Assembly (NCBI RefSeq): GCF_006345805.1
Contig: NW_021836240.1
Coordinates: 1-24,569, forward strand
Origin: Octopus sinensis
Lineage: Eukaryota
DNA: 24,569 bases
Reading direction: 5' to 3'
Shown here: one piece after another, positions 9,636-20,709 of the stretch
Position numbering within the stretch: the first letter of the stretch is position 1
Layout of the letters: each line of letters begins with the position of its first letter
Notes under the pieces: model-generated
The model's input: only the letters and a program-made list of their open reading frames with translations
The model's database searches: none
Told to the model about the DNA's origin: nothing
Program-made: the position numbers and the translations under genes

Positions 9636-10350
9636 TTATAATTTTAATAATAATTATTACCTTTGAATGTTTCATTCCCATGCTGGCTACTTGATAGAAT
9701 CGATATTTTAATTAACGATCTTATCCTTATTTACATATATGTATAATGTATTATTGTGTGAGTGTGTCTATATATATATATGTGTGTGTTGGTGTATGTG
9801 TGTGTGTGTGGTGTGTGTTTGTATGTGTGTGTGTGTATGTATATGTATTTATTTATATGTATAACCATACACATGCGCATACACATCTCTTAGCATTGCA
9901 CTTTGCGCAATCGTCTCCGTTCTTTCTTTTTTCTTCCTGCTGACAAGATAGTCACTGTTTCATATTCTTTGTCGCTGTAGTCCTTGCGTACTGATTGTGT
10001 TAGTACATTTGCGATGACTTTTTCATCACATCAGCAGCCCTACAACCGAAATGGCCGATATTTTTCCTACACTTTTTGCCGTCCTGTCCTCATCATCATT
10101 TCTTGGCACTCTGATGTGGGAAATGAGCAGAAATGACATTGACATGTAATCGACAAGCGAAAGAGGAAGTAATTTCCATGCTGGTATTTTGTCTTGAGCA
10201 TTTTACATGTCTGCATAATATTTAATTTCTATCTCACACACAGACGTACACACGTATGTACACACACACACACACACACACACTTGCATAATCACACAAA
10301 TACTCACTTGTGCACATAGACTGCCTCACGCGCATTCAAATCTCGTTCCA

Positions 10351-10400
10351 AAGCTGAAGATTCTGGAAATAGTTTACTTATCTCCAGATGAAACGTCTCC
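10351..10400 (+). ncRNA. Minimal hammerhead-ribozyme-like motif with defective stem I
   Basis: CTGAAGA (10354-60), stem II TCTGGA/TCCAGA (10362-67/10383-88), GAAAC (10390-94), GTC (10395-97). Stem I pairs poorly. Confidence 0.4.
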
Positions 10401-10512
10401 CAAGTTGTTAGCGATTCTAGAAATGTAGTCAATAAAATTAATCCAGAACTGTATATATATATATATATATATATCAAGTCAAAATAAGCAACAAGGATAT
10501 CCAGAAGTATTG

Positions 10513-10600
10513 CAGCACGATCGTTTCATGCGATTCCATTTAATTAAACAATGCAATCATTTCATTACATCAATTTAAAATGCAGAGCGATCTTCAGCTG
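10513..10600 (-). ncRNA. Minimal hammerhead-ribozyme-like motif, probably inactive (GUG triplet)
   Basis: CAG-CTGAAGA-[imperfect AT-rich stem II]-GAAAC-GATC-GT-G-CTG. Stem I is CAG/CTG and stem III is the palindrome ACGATCGT. Confidence 0.45.
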
Positions 10601-10852
10601 AAAGACATAGAATTTAATTAAATTAGAAGGACACATTAATATAATTTTGCCCAAAATCTCTGAGAGGATAAGGAGATAGACAAAGAACATGTTTTACCAA
10701 CAACATCATAGTTGTAACTGAATTCTTTGCAAGATGACATATATATATATACATACATACATACATAAATACATTTGTATGCGTGTGATTGAGTATACGC
10801 ATACTGAACTTTTTTCTCTCTCTCTGTTCATCCTTCAATCTGTCTATCTATC

Positions 10853-10926
<74 letters not shown>

Positions 10927-10963
10927 GTATGTATGTATGTATGTATGTATGTATGTATGTATG

Positions 10964-11032
<69 letters not shown>
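10853..11032 (+). repeat. Perfect compound STR (ATCT)18(ATGT)10(ATCT)17
   Basis: Counted directly. Confidence 0.97.
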
Positions 11033-11033
<1 letters not shown>

Positions 11034-11516
11034 CATTTCTATCTATGTCCCATCTGTGTGCAGCCCTGTGTGGCCAATAAAGAAACTTATTTATACGTGC
11101 ATTCATATAAACATACATACGTACATAGACATTTACCTTCGTAGCTACTGTAAATTTCGTGTTTTGGGCACAATCTGACCTAAGTTTTTATTCGGTTTAA
11201 TTCTTCGAAATTGGAATGTAAAGAATTTGTCTTCTGTCTGTGTGCTTGATTCTAATATAGTAGGTCTCACAACATCACCACCATAACACAATGATTGCTG
11301 TTTAAATTGCTGATCTGAGATATTGGTGTACTGTAGACAGTTTGAGAAGCAGCTGTTACTGTCTGGGTCATGTTTTGTTTTTGTCCAATTTCTCGTTTGT
11401 TATGTTATCGTCTAGATTTCCGTATGTTATGTTTTAGCTGATTTCCCGCTTGCTGTGTTTTCTCTTTACAGCGTTCTTTCTGTTCAACCCTTGTTATATA
11501 TATATACATATATACT

Positions 11517-11678
11517 ATGTAGCTTGCTTACCAACCGGGTCCAGTCTCAATACATGGCACCTAGTGTAAGTATCATCTACTATAGCCTTAGGCCAACCAA
11601 TGCCTTGTGAGTGGATTCGGTCGACGGAAACTGAAAGAAGCCCATCGTATGTATATATATATATATATATATATATAC

Positions 11679-11713
<35 letters not shown>

Positions 11714-11714
11714 C

Positions 11715-11754
<40 letters not shown>

Positions 11755-11985
11755 AGAGTGTGTGTGTTTGTGTGTCTGTGTTTGTCCATCCAACATTGCT
11801 TGACAACCGTTGTTGGTGTGTTTACGTTCCCGTAACTTAGCGGTTCGGCAAAAAAGACCGATAGAATAAGTACTAGGCTTACGAAGAGTAAGTTCTGGGG
11901 TCGATTTGCCCGACTTAAGGCAGTACTCCAGCGTGGCCGCAGTCAAATGACTGAAACAAGTAAAAGGATAAGAGAATAAAAGAAT
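11517..11985 (+). mobile_element. SINE family C, head-damaged copy with expanded internal (TA)n(TG)n
   Basis: Colinear with the other C copies; 3' end cagtcaaatgactgaaacaagtaaaag. Confidence 0.88.
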
Positions 11986-12689
11986 ATATATACATATATA
12001 TATATACACATACACACACGCACATACATTGTACGCACACAGATTTATGTGTTAACCTGCTTATATGTGTATTTGTATATATGTGTATTTGTATGTGTAT
12101 GTGTGTGTGTGTGTGTGTATGTGTGATGTGCGTTTGTAATTCAATCGCACGCACACACTCATTCGCAATATATATCTCCCTATATACGTACGCGTACCCC
12201 CATACGTACCTATGCATCTACAGATGTGTCTAGGTACAGGCGCACTTCCCTTTTCCACCCCACTCTCCAGCTGGGATAGGTAAAGTTCAAGGTCCCTCTT
12301 GTTATGACGCCTCGTATTTCCTTCCCCCTAATTCCCCAACAATCTGTCTACTCCCACCACCACCCCGACTCTATGATTACTTTCCCCCCCGCCACCACTA
12401 CAGCTGTACCTCATACCACCCCTCATCCATCACCATTGTACACCTTATTCCCTCTACCGCATTTTCTAAATAGGACGATCTTTTGCTGGTTCATAAGGAT
12501 TGTTCCTTGAAATTGATGTTGTTGTAGTTTTTGTTCTTGCTCTTGATGTTGTTGTTGTTGTTGTTGTTGTCACTCTAACCTTTATTTTGTTTTATTATTT
12601 TTGGCACCATTCCAGTAGTGTTTTTTTTATTTATTTATTATATATATGTATATATGTGTGTGTATATAAATGCGTATGTGTGTGTGTAT

Positions 12690-13910
12690 GGCAGTGCGTC
12701 AGTGGATCTGTGTGTGTGTGCGTGTATGCTTGTGTGTGTATGCCAGTGTGTCAGGGGATCTGTGTGTGTGTATGCATGTGTATGCGTGTGTGTGTGTGTG
12801 TATGCCAGTGTGTCAGTGGATCTCTGTGTGTGTATGCCTGTGTGTCAGTGGATCTGTGTGTGTGTGTGTGTGCGTGTATGCTCGTGTGTGTGTATGACAG
12901 TGTGTCAGTGGATCTGCGCGTGTGTGTGTATATGTGTGTGTTTGTGTGTATGTGTGTTAGCATGTCAGCGGATATGTGTGCATGTGTATGTATATGACCC
13001 TGTGAAAGCGTTTGACTGTGTGCGTGTGTGTGTGTGTGCCAGTGTGTGTGTGTATGCATGTGTATGCGTGTGTTGTGTGTGTGTGTATGCCAGTGTGTCA
13101 GTGGATCTGTGTGTGTGTATGCCTGTGTGTCAGTGGATCTGTGTGTGTGTGTGTGCGTGTATGCTTGTGTGTGTATGACAGTGTGTCAGTGGATCTGCGC
13201 GTGTGTGTGTATATGTGTGTGTTTGTGTGTATGTGTGTATATGTGTTTGTGTGTATGTCAGCGGATATGTGTGCATGTGTATGTATATGACCCTGTGAAA
13301 GCGTTTGACTGTGTGCGTGTGTGTGTGTGTATGCCAGTGTGACAGTGAATCTGTGTGTGTGTATGTGTGCGTGTGTATGCGTGTGTGTGTGATTGTGTGT
13401 GTGTGTGTGTGTTAGGGTGTTAGCGGATGTGTGTGCATGTGTATGTATATGACCCTGTGAAAGCGTTTCACTGTTTGTGTGTGTGCGTGTTGAAATATGT
13501 GTATGCACGCTTCTGTATGCATACATTATACACAGATCTGTATGCCTTTGTGTATGTGTTTAGCATTTTAGTATCTGTGTGTTGTGCGTGTGTGTGACTA
13601 TAAGTGTGTGTATGAGTGTGTTAGCGTGTCAGCGGATATGTGTGCGTGTGTATGGGTACGTCCCTGTGAAAGCATTTGACTGTCTGTGTTTGTGCCTATG
13701 TGTATGAGTGTGTGTGTGTGCGTGCGTTGAAATATGTGTATGTATGTATGCAACATACAGTGATATGTATATCTATATGTAAGTGTTAAGCATTTTTTAC
13801 TTCTGTCGGTGTGTGTATGTGTGTATGTTTATCCACGACTGTTTGAAATATACCAGTGTGTGTGCGCGCGCGGTGTGTGTGTGTGTGAGCGCAGATATGT
13901 GTGCATGTGT
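12690..13910 (+). repeat. (TG)n-based minisatellite with higher-order structure
   Basis: Anchor cagtggatct recurs about 9 times (12700-13345, two copies variant). Anchor gcggatatgtgtgcatgtgtatgtatatgaccctgtgaaagc occurs at 12968, 13261 and 13423, diverged at 13632 and partial at 13891. Confidence 0.9.
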
Positions 13911-14103
13911 GTGTGTGTTTGCATGTGCGTGTAGTCAAGTGTGTCCCAATGTATTTATGTATGTATGAATGTATGTATGTATGTATGTATGTATGTATGT
14001 ATGTATGTATGTATGTATGCATGTATGTATATTTACTGTGCGGTTATTCTTATACGATTTCACTTCCTATTTCGCTCGGGACTCTTTCATATACCTCTAG
14101 AAG

Positions 14104-14530
14104 CACTACCACCACCACCACCACCACCACCACCACCGCTGCCGCCGCAACCACCACCAGTACAATCACCACCACTACCACCATAAACATCATCAGTACC
14201 ACCACCACCATCACCACCATTACCACCATTACCACCACTACCATAACCACGACCAATACCACCATCAACAATCACCACCATCACAACCGTCACCACCACC
14301 ACCACCATCACCACCACCACCACCACCACTAGCACCATCAACATTACCAATACCACCAGCAAACCACCACCACCACCACCACCAGCACAACCACCATGAC
14401 CACTACCACCATCAACATTACCCTCATCACCATCACCACCACCACCACCACCACTACCACCAAGACCACCACCACCATTACTACCACCACCACCACCACC
14501 ACCACTATGGAAACTACCACAGCTACCATC
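14104..14530 (+). repeat. (ACC)n tract
   Basis: Directly visible. Confidence 0.95.
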
Positions 14531-14877
14531 AACATAATCATTTTTTGTTCACTTATTGCACACACATACCCACGCACATGCACGTATACACACACACACA
14601 CAGGTCATATACAGACAGACACGTGGACACTCACCAGAGACGTACATGCACGTGTACGCATGCGCACACAAATACATAAATACGCACGCACATCTGGGAA
14701 AGCTACATTGGTTTGTTGTTGCGATTGTTGTTATTGGTTTAGGTGATGTAACTGACAATCTGTTGCTGCTGCTCTTATTTCCATTTCGTATCCTCTTTCA
14801 TCATCAGCAACATCCTCATCTCTGTCATCTCTTCCTTTCATTCTTTCTTTTCTTTTCTTTTCTTTCTTTCTTTTATC

Positions 14878-15830
14878 ACCATTATCATCATCATCATCAT
14901 CATCATCATTATCTGGAGCACCACGAGCCCTACGACAACGATGTCGACTCCTCCTTCCATCACCACCACCACCACCACCACAACCACCAACACCACCACC
15001 ACAACCACCAACACCACCACCACCACCACCACAACCACCACCACCACCACCACCACCATCACCACTACCACCACCACCACCACAACCACCACCACCACCA
15101 CCACCATCACCACTAACCACCACCACCACCACCACCACCACCACCACCCACCACCACCACAACCACCACACCACCACAACCACCACCACCACCCCACCAC
15201 TACCATCACCACCACCACCACCACCACCACCACCACCACAACCACCACCACCACCACCACCACCACCACCACCACCACCACCACCACCACCACCACAAAC
15301 CACCACCACCACCACCACCACCATCACCACTACCACCACCACCACCACAACCACAACCACCACCACCACCACTACCACCACCACCACCACTACCACCACC
15401 ACCACCACCACCACCACCACCATCATCATCACATCATCATCATCATCATCATCATCAATCATCATCATCGTCATCAGCATCAGCAGCATCATTATCATCA
15501 TCATCATCACCACCATCACCATCACCATCAGCATCATAACCGTCGTTATCGCAAGTTACAACATCGTCAAGCAACATCAGCAATACCACCACCACCACAC
15601 CACCACCACCACCACCACCACCACCACCACACCACCACCACCACCATCACCACCACCACCACCACACCACCACCACACCACCACCACCACCACCACCACC
15701 ACCACCGGCACCACCACCTTCATCATCCGCACTATCGTCGTCATTTTCCTTCCCGTCGTCGTCGTTGTCCTCCTCCTCCTCATCATCATCAACATAACCA
15801 TCCTGATCCTCACCACAAACAATAACTACA
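14878..15830 (+). repeat. About 950-bp (ATC)n-(ACC)n-(ATC)n-(ACC)n compound tract
   Basis: Directly visible; nearly pure ACC from about 14960 to 15420. Confidence 0.97.
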
Positions 15831-15898
15831 ATAATAATGGCAGTAGTCTTTACGACGCCTCAGGTTATGTTGTTACAGTGATGTACTTTTGACAAAAT

Positions 15899-16313
15899 AG
15901 GCGTAGAAGTGGCTGTGTGGTAAGTAGCTTGCTTACCAGCTACATGGTTCCGGGTTCAGCCCCACTGCGTGGCACCTTGGCCAAGTGTCTTCTACTATAG
16001 CCTCGGGTCGAACAAAGCCTTGTGAGTGGATTTGGTAGACGGAAACTGAAAGAAGCCCGTCGTATATATGTATATATATATATATGCGTGTGTATGTTTG
16101 TGTGTCTGTGTTTGTCCCCCTAGCATTGCTTGACAACCAATGCTGGTGTGCTTATGTCCCCGTTACTTAGCGGTTCGGCAAAAGAGACCGATAGAATAAG
16201 TACTGGGCTTACAAAAGAATAAGTCCCGGGGTCGAGTTTCTCGATTAAAGGCGGTGCTCCAGCATGGCTGCAGTCAAATGACTGAAACAAGTAAAAGAGT
16301 AAAGAGAGAGTAA
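15899..16313 (+). mobile_element. SINE family C, full length (CORE-like, internal microsatellite)
   Basis: Head ggcgtagaagtggctgtgtggtaagtagc, B-box-like gggttcagcccc, core ggcaccttggccaagtgtcttct resembling the recalled MIR/CORE motif gtgaccttgggcaagtcactt, and a gtaaaaga repeat tail. Confidence 0.92.
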
Positions 16314-16322
16314 ATATATATA

Positions 16323-16438
16323 TATTTCTTTATTACCCACAAGGGGCTAAACGCAGAGGAGACAAATGAGGACAGACAAACGGATTAAGTCGATTACATC
16401 GACCCCAGTGAATAATTGGTACTTAATTTATCGACCCC
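16323..16438 (-). mobile_element. SINE family B, 3' half, followed by about 18 units of (TTA)n
   Basis: Reverse complement ggggtcgataaattaagtacc...ccccttgtgggtaataaagaaata. Confidence 0.88.
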
Positions 16439-16441
16439 TAC

Positions 16442-16498
<57 letters not shown>

Positions 16499-16762
16499 TA
16501 ATATTGGTCTTAATTTATGCATATATTTTTAGTATATTGTAATATACCGTTTCACAAATTAAGCTATATGTATTGATTGATTCCAAAAATGAAAACTAGA
16601 CATGAATTCGTACTACAGATACTTATCATCGTATATTTTTATGTTGATAGAATAAATAAATCCACTTATAAACTATTCGGTGTGCTTAGTTGATAGTTTC
16701 GAAGATATTACCCAGAATCAGAGGAGCTTGCTCTGGTTATGTGCCGTCAGTAAAGAAGTATG

Positions 16763-17543
16763 AAGGAAGTGTCATTATTAAAACAGGTATAGTTACAGTG
16801 AGGAAAGGAAAATGCAACGTTTCGACCTGATTGTGTTTTGTCAAAAATAGAGAGGTGCGTTTTCCGGGCGTGTCGCAATCTGATTATTTATCAACAATAA
16901 ATAAATCTCTATATATAAAGCTGAAGTTGTCTGTGTTTGTGTAGCAGGTTTGGTAGCCTTCAACTAACACTATCTCATCCGAGACCCTGCGGCGAGTCTT
17001 GCTCTTCCTTCCGTAGAAGAAAAAAAATCAAATCGGATCATGTTAACACCAAAAATGATTTACAACAAAAAGGTGCTTTTTTGTCTATGAAAATCCCTAA
17101 TTTTTACGATTTTTTAACTGCTGTGTCGCCATTTTTCGGTTGTATTTCAACCAGAAAAATGTTCACTTAATGAGAATAACAAGCTACATAATGCAAAATT
17201 TTTACTTTTTAAAAATTCCAATTCTAAAGGGTCGAAAAGAATTTTTTTGTGATGTCATTGGTTTTGAGCGAACAATGGATCAGCTGATCCGATGCACATT
17301 CAGAGCAAACTCGAGCATCGTCACACTATACTTTTATTCATAGATTGAAACTGTCAAAACTTTGTTAACGAGACATCAAAGTCTGCCGTTTTAAGCGCAA
17401 CTAAATAGCAAACCCGAGCAACGCCGGGCTATATTGCTAGTAAATGATAAAGGAAGTGTCGATGTTAAAATAAAAGCATTTACAGTGAGAAATGTGGATG
17501 TGCGACGTTTCGGTTTCATGATCTTTTGTCAATAACGAGAAGG
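16763..17543. repeat. Diverged direct repeat (16763-16855 / 17450-17543) split by the Helitron
   Basis: Shared anchors aaggaagtgtc, tacagtgag, acgtttcg and ttttgtcaa at near-constant spacing; period 152 bp once the Helitron is removed. Confidence 0.75.
16906..17440 (+). mobile_element. Non-autonomous Helitron (535 bp)
   Basis: 5' A|TCTCTATATATAAAG. 3' hairpin cccg-a-gc-aac-gc-cggg (17413-17428) lies 8 nt before CTAG|T (17437-17440). No TSD; the empty site reconstructs aataaataaa|taaatg. Confidence 0.85.
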
Positions 17544-17634
17544 GAAGTTTGTGTGTGCTACAATTTGAAATATATTCGACACAAACGGAACATTGCCGAA
17601 ATAATAAAGCAATTAATATATAACATTGTTCAAG

Positions 17635-17844
17635 TGGCAGCTGACAAGCAGAATCGGTAAAATGTTGGACTAAGTAGTCGGCAGTATTTAATTACTACAT
17701 TCTACATTCTGAGTCCACCTCGCACAAATTTTCATCTAAAAACCGGTAAAATAAACATTAGGCAACTAGGGAATAAAATATATACTAACCCGCCCTCCCT
17801 CGCACACATATGCACAGACACAGACACACAGACACACACACGCA

Positions 17845-17901
<57 letters not shown>

Positions 17902-18095
17902 ACATATATATATATATATTATGCAGGCGCCTTGCAGTTAACGTGTACCGTAGAGTGGCATTCTATTCTGAACGTAAGAGGACGAAATATCGGTAGAGCG
18001 CTTGAAAAAATATTTCTGTGTTATTTCGTTACGCCCCTTAATGTATTGTTTTCAAATCTCACCAGGATTGACTTTGCTTTCCACCACCCTTAACC
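17635..18095 (+). mobile_element. Two highly diverged family-B-like relics (about 17635-17720 and 18000-18095) around a (CA)n/(TA)n tract
   Basis: gcagaatcggtaaaatg...acattctgagt resembles the B head. ttcaaatctcaccaggattgactttgctttccacc resembles ttcaaattccgccgaggtcgactttgcctttcatcc. Confidence 0.5.
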
Positions 18096-18240
18096 TAAAT
18101 TTCTGTTATATCACCTAAATCTAGAAACAAATATTGAAACGCAGACACGCACACATACGACCTATACACATATACGCGCACACATATGCATATATATATA
18201 TATATATATAATATATATATATATAATATATATCTATATA

Positions 18241-18300
<60 letters not shown>

Positions 18301-18384
18301 TATTTAGCTTATATGAAATCATTTTAAGTTACTGATGCCAATGACCCCCACCAGCTCAAGCTTACTTCGATTCTTAGTGCGTCA

Positions 18385-18600
18385 ACATAAAGTGGGGGAA
18401 ACAGGTAATGTAGTCCTACACACACCTAATTAGAGGTGATGGTCATGGGTTGAGTACCTTTAATCATGGATCTGATCTGTCTGATTTCACCTGGAGAAAA
18501 ACAGCATCAACAGCAACGACTAGATACAACATAAACAGCCACAACAGTAATTACAGCATCAACATTAGCAACAACAACAACAAAACAACATTTAGCATCG
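18385..18600 (+). repeat. Family E relic with (CAA/CAG)n tail
   Basis: taatgtagtcctacac...gatggtcatgggttgagtacctttaatcatgg, followed by a CAA-rich tract. Confidence 0.5.
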
Positions 18601-18609
18601 AGAACAATA

Positions 18610-18868
18610 GTGGAGGCGCGTGGCTTAGTGGTTAGGGTGGTTTGACTCATGACCGTAATATTGTGGTTTCGATTCCTGGAGACGGTGATGCGTTGTGTTC
18701 TTGAACTAAACAGTTTATTTGACGTCGATCCAGTTCACTCACCCGGCAAAAATGAGTTATCCTGCGACGGACCCGCGTCCCGTCCAGGTGGGAAATTTTT
18801 ACGCTTTGAAACTGGGAAACCGGCCCTCATGAGCCTGTATCACTCGAGACGGTAACCTTTACCTTTAT
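18610..18868 (+). mobile_element. SINE family D
   Basis: A box tggcttagtggtt, B box gtttcgattcc, a single gaaactgggaaaccggccctcatg motif, and a (acctt)-type end. Confidence 0.8.
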
Positions 18869-18914
18869 CAACAACAATAACAACCGCCAAAACAGCATCG
18901 CTAACAAAAAGCAC

Positions 18915-19336
18915 AGGCGCAGGAGTGGCTGTGTGGTAAGTAGCTTGCTAACCAACCACATGGTTCCGGGTTCAGTCCCGCTGCGTGGCATCTTGGGCAA
19001 GTCTCTTCTACTATAGCCTCGGGCCGACCAAAGCCTTGTGAGTGGATTTGGTAGACGGAAACTGAAAGAAGCCTGTCGTATATAAGTATATATATATATG
19101 TGTGTGTGTGTATGTGTTTGCGTGTCTGTGTTTGTCCCCCTAGCATTGCTTGACAACCGATGCTGGTGTGTTTACGTCCCCGTTACTTAGCGGTTCGGCA
19201 AAAGATACCGATAGAATAAGTACTGGGCTTACAAAGAATAAGTCCCGGGGTCGATTTGCTCGACTAAAGGCGGTGCTCCAGCATGGCCGCAGTCAAATGA
19301 CTGAAACAAGTAAAAGAGTAAAAAGAGTAAAGAGTA
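18915..19336 (+). mobile_element. SINE family C, full length
   Basis: Near-consensus; colinear with 15899-16313 and 20710-21100. Confidence 0.93.
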
Positions 19337-19409
19337 TAAGTAATAAAAACAACACCTGACAACGATAAGAACAGCCACAACAACAGCATTAATGTCAATC
19401 ATCGCAAAA

Positions 19410-20093
19410 GGCGGCGAACTGGCAGAAACGTTAGCACGCCAAGCGAAATGCTTAGTGGTATTTCGTCTGCCGTTACGTCCTGAGTTCAAATTCTGCCAAG
19501 GTCGACTTTGCCTTTCATCCTTTCGGGGTCGATAAATTAAGTACCAGTTACGCACTGGAGTCGATATAATCGACTTAATCCGTCTGTCTGTCCTTGTTTG
19601 TCGCCTCTGTGTTTAGCCCCTTGTGGGTAGTAAAGAAATAGGTATTTCGTCTGCCGTTACGTTCTGAGTTCAAATTCCGCCAAGGTCGACTTTGCCTTTC
19701 ATCCTTTCGGGGTCGATAAATTAAGTACCAGTTACGCACTGGGGTCAATACAATCGACTTAATCCGTTTGTCTGTCCTTGTTTGCCCTCTCTATGTTTAG
19801 CTCCTTGTGGGTAGTAAAGAAATAAGAAACGTTAGCATGCCGGGCGAAATGCTTAGCGGTATTTCGTCTGCCATTACGTTCTGAGTTCAAATTCCGCCAA
19901 GGTCGACTTTGCCTTTCATCCTTTCGGGGTCGATAAATTAAGTACCAGTTACGCACTGGGGTCAATATAATCGACTTAATCCGTTTGTCTGTCCTTGTTT
20001 GCCCTCTCTATGTTTAGCTTCTTGTGGGTAGTAAAGAAATAAGAAACGTTAGCATGCCGGGCGAAATGCTTAGCGGTATTTCGTCTGTCTTTA
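19410..20093 (+). mobile_element. SINE family B tandem array, 4 units (19410-19640, 19641-19824, 19825-20041, 20042-20093 partial)
   Basis: Repeated body with tail-to-internal junctions. Confidence 0.93.
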
Positions 20094-20099
20094 CACATT

Positions 20100-20246
20100 C
20101 GTCGGGCTTCTCAGTTTCCATCTACCAATTCCATTCAGAAGGATTTGGTCGGCTTGAGGCTGTTCTAGAAGACACTTGCCAAAGGTGCTACGCAGTGGAA
20201 CTGAACCCGGAACGATGTGGTTAGGAAGCTTCTTACGACACAGCCA
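20100..20246 (-). mobile_element. SINE family C, 5' part
   Basis: Reverse complement tggctgtgtcgtaagaagc...gggttcagttccactgcgtagcacctttggcaagtgtcttct. Confidence 0.85.
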
Positions 20247-20709
20247 AGTGTTGTAAATATTGTTTTCCACCATTAAAAGTTTATTTCTTTACTTGGAGTT
20301 GATAAGGAATTCTGTAATAGATAGACATAAAATTTTTATTCACCCCTCCCTTTTTTTTTTCTCTTTTCCTCTTTTGCAATTACTACATGTTGTTAATGCA
20401 TGGATAAGATGCGGGACCTCAATGAAAGAGCCAGAGTAGTGATGTTTACAAGGATCAAGATTTATTAGTCACATTACTTCTCTCAACAACATATGTGAAC
20501 TTGTCTTCCTCTAAATGATGAGAATTTGAAAGTCTACAAACGTTGCTGATATTTTGAAAATTTACTGCCTCGAACATTGTAAAACGATCTATAAATTACG
20601 AAAACAAATTTGATAAAGAATTTAGAGTAGAATAAAATCATGTTTTAACATACACTCACACATAGATATATACATGTATGTATATAGGTATGTATTGAAG
20701 TATGTGCAT

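Noticed and set aside
11150-11480. Possible second LINE RT relic on the minus strand (DVVRPTIL...FQFRRI)
   Set aside because: Similarity is too weak to support by eye; needs a profile search.
16937-17343. ORFs inside the Helitron
   Set aside because: Short, with no Rep/helicase motifs; the element is far too small to be autonomous.
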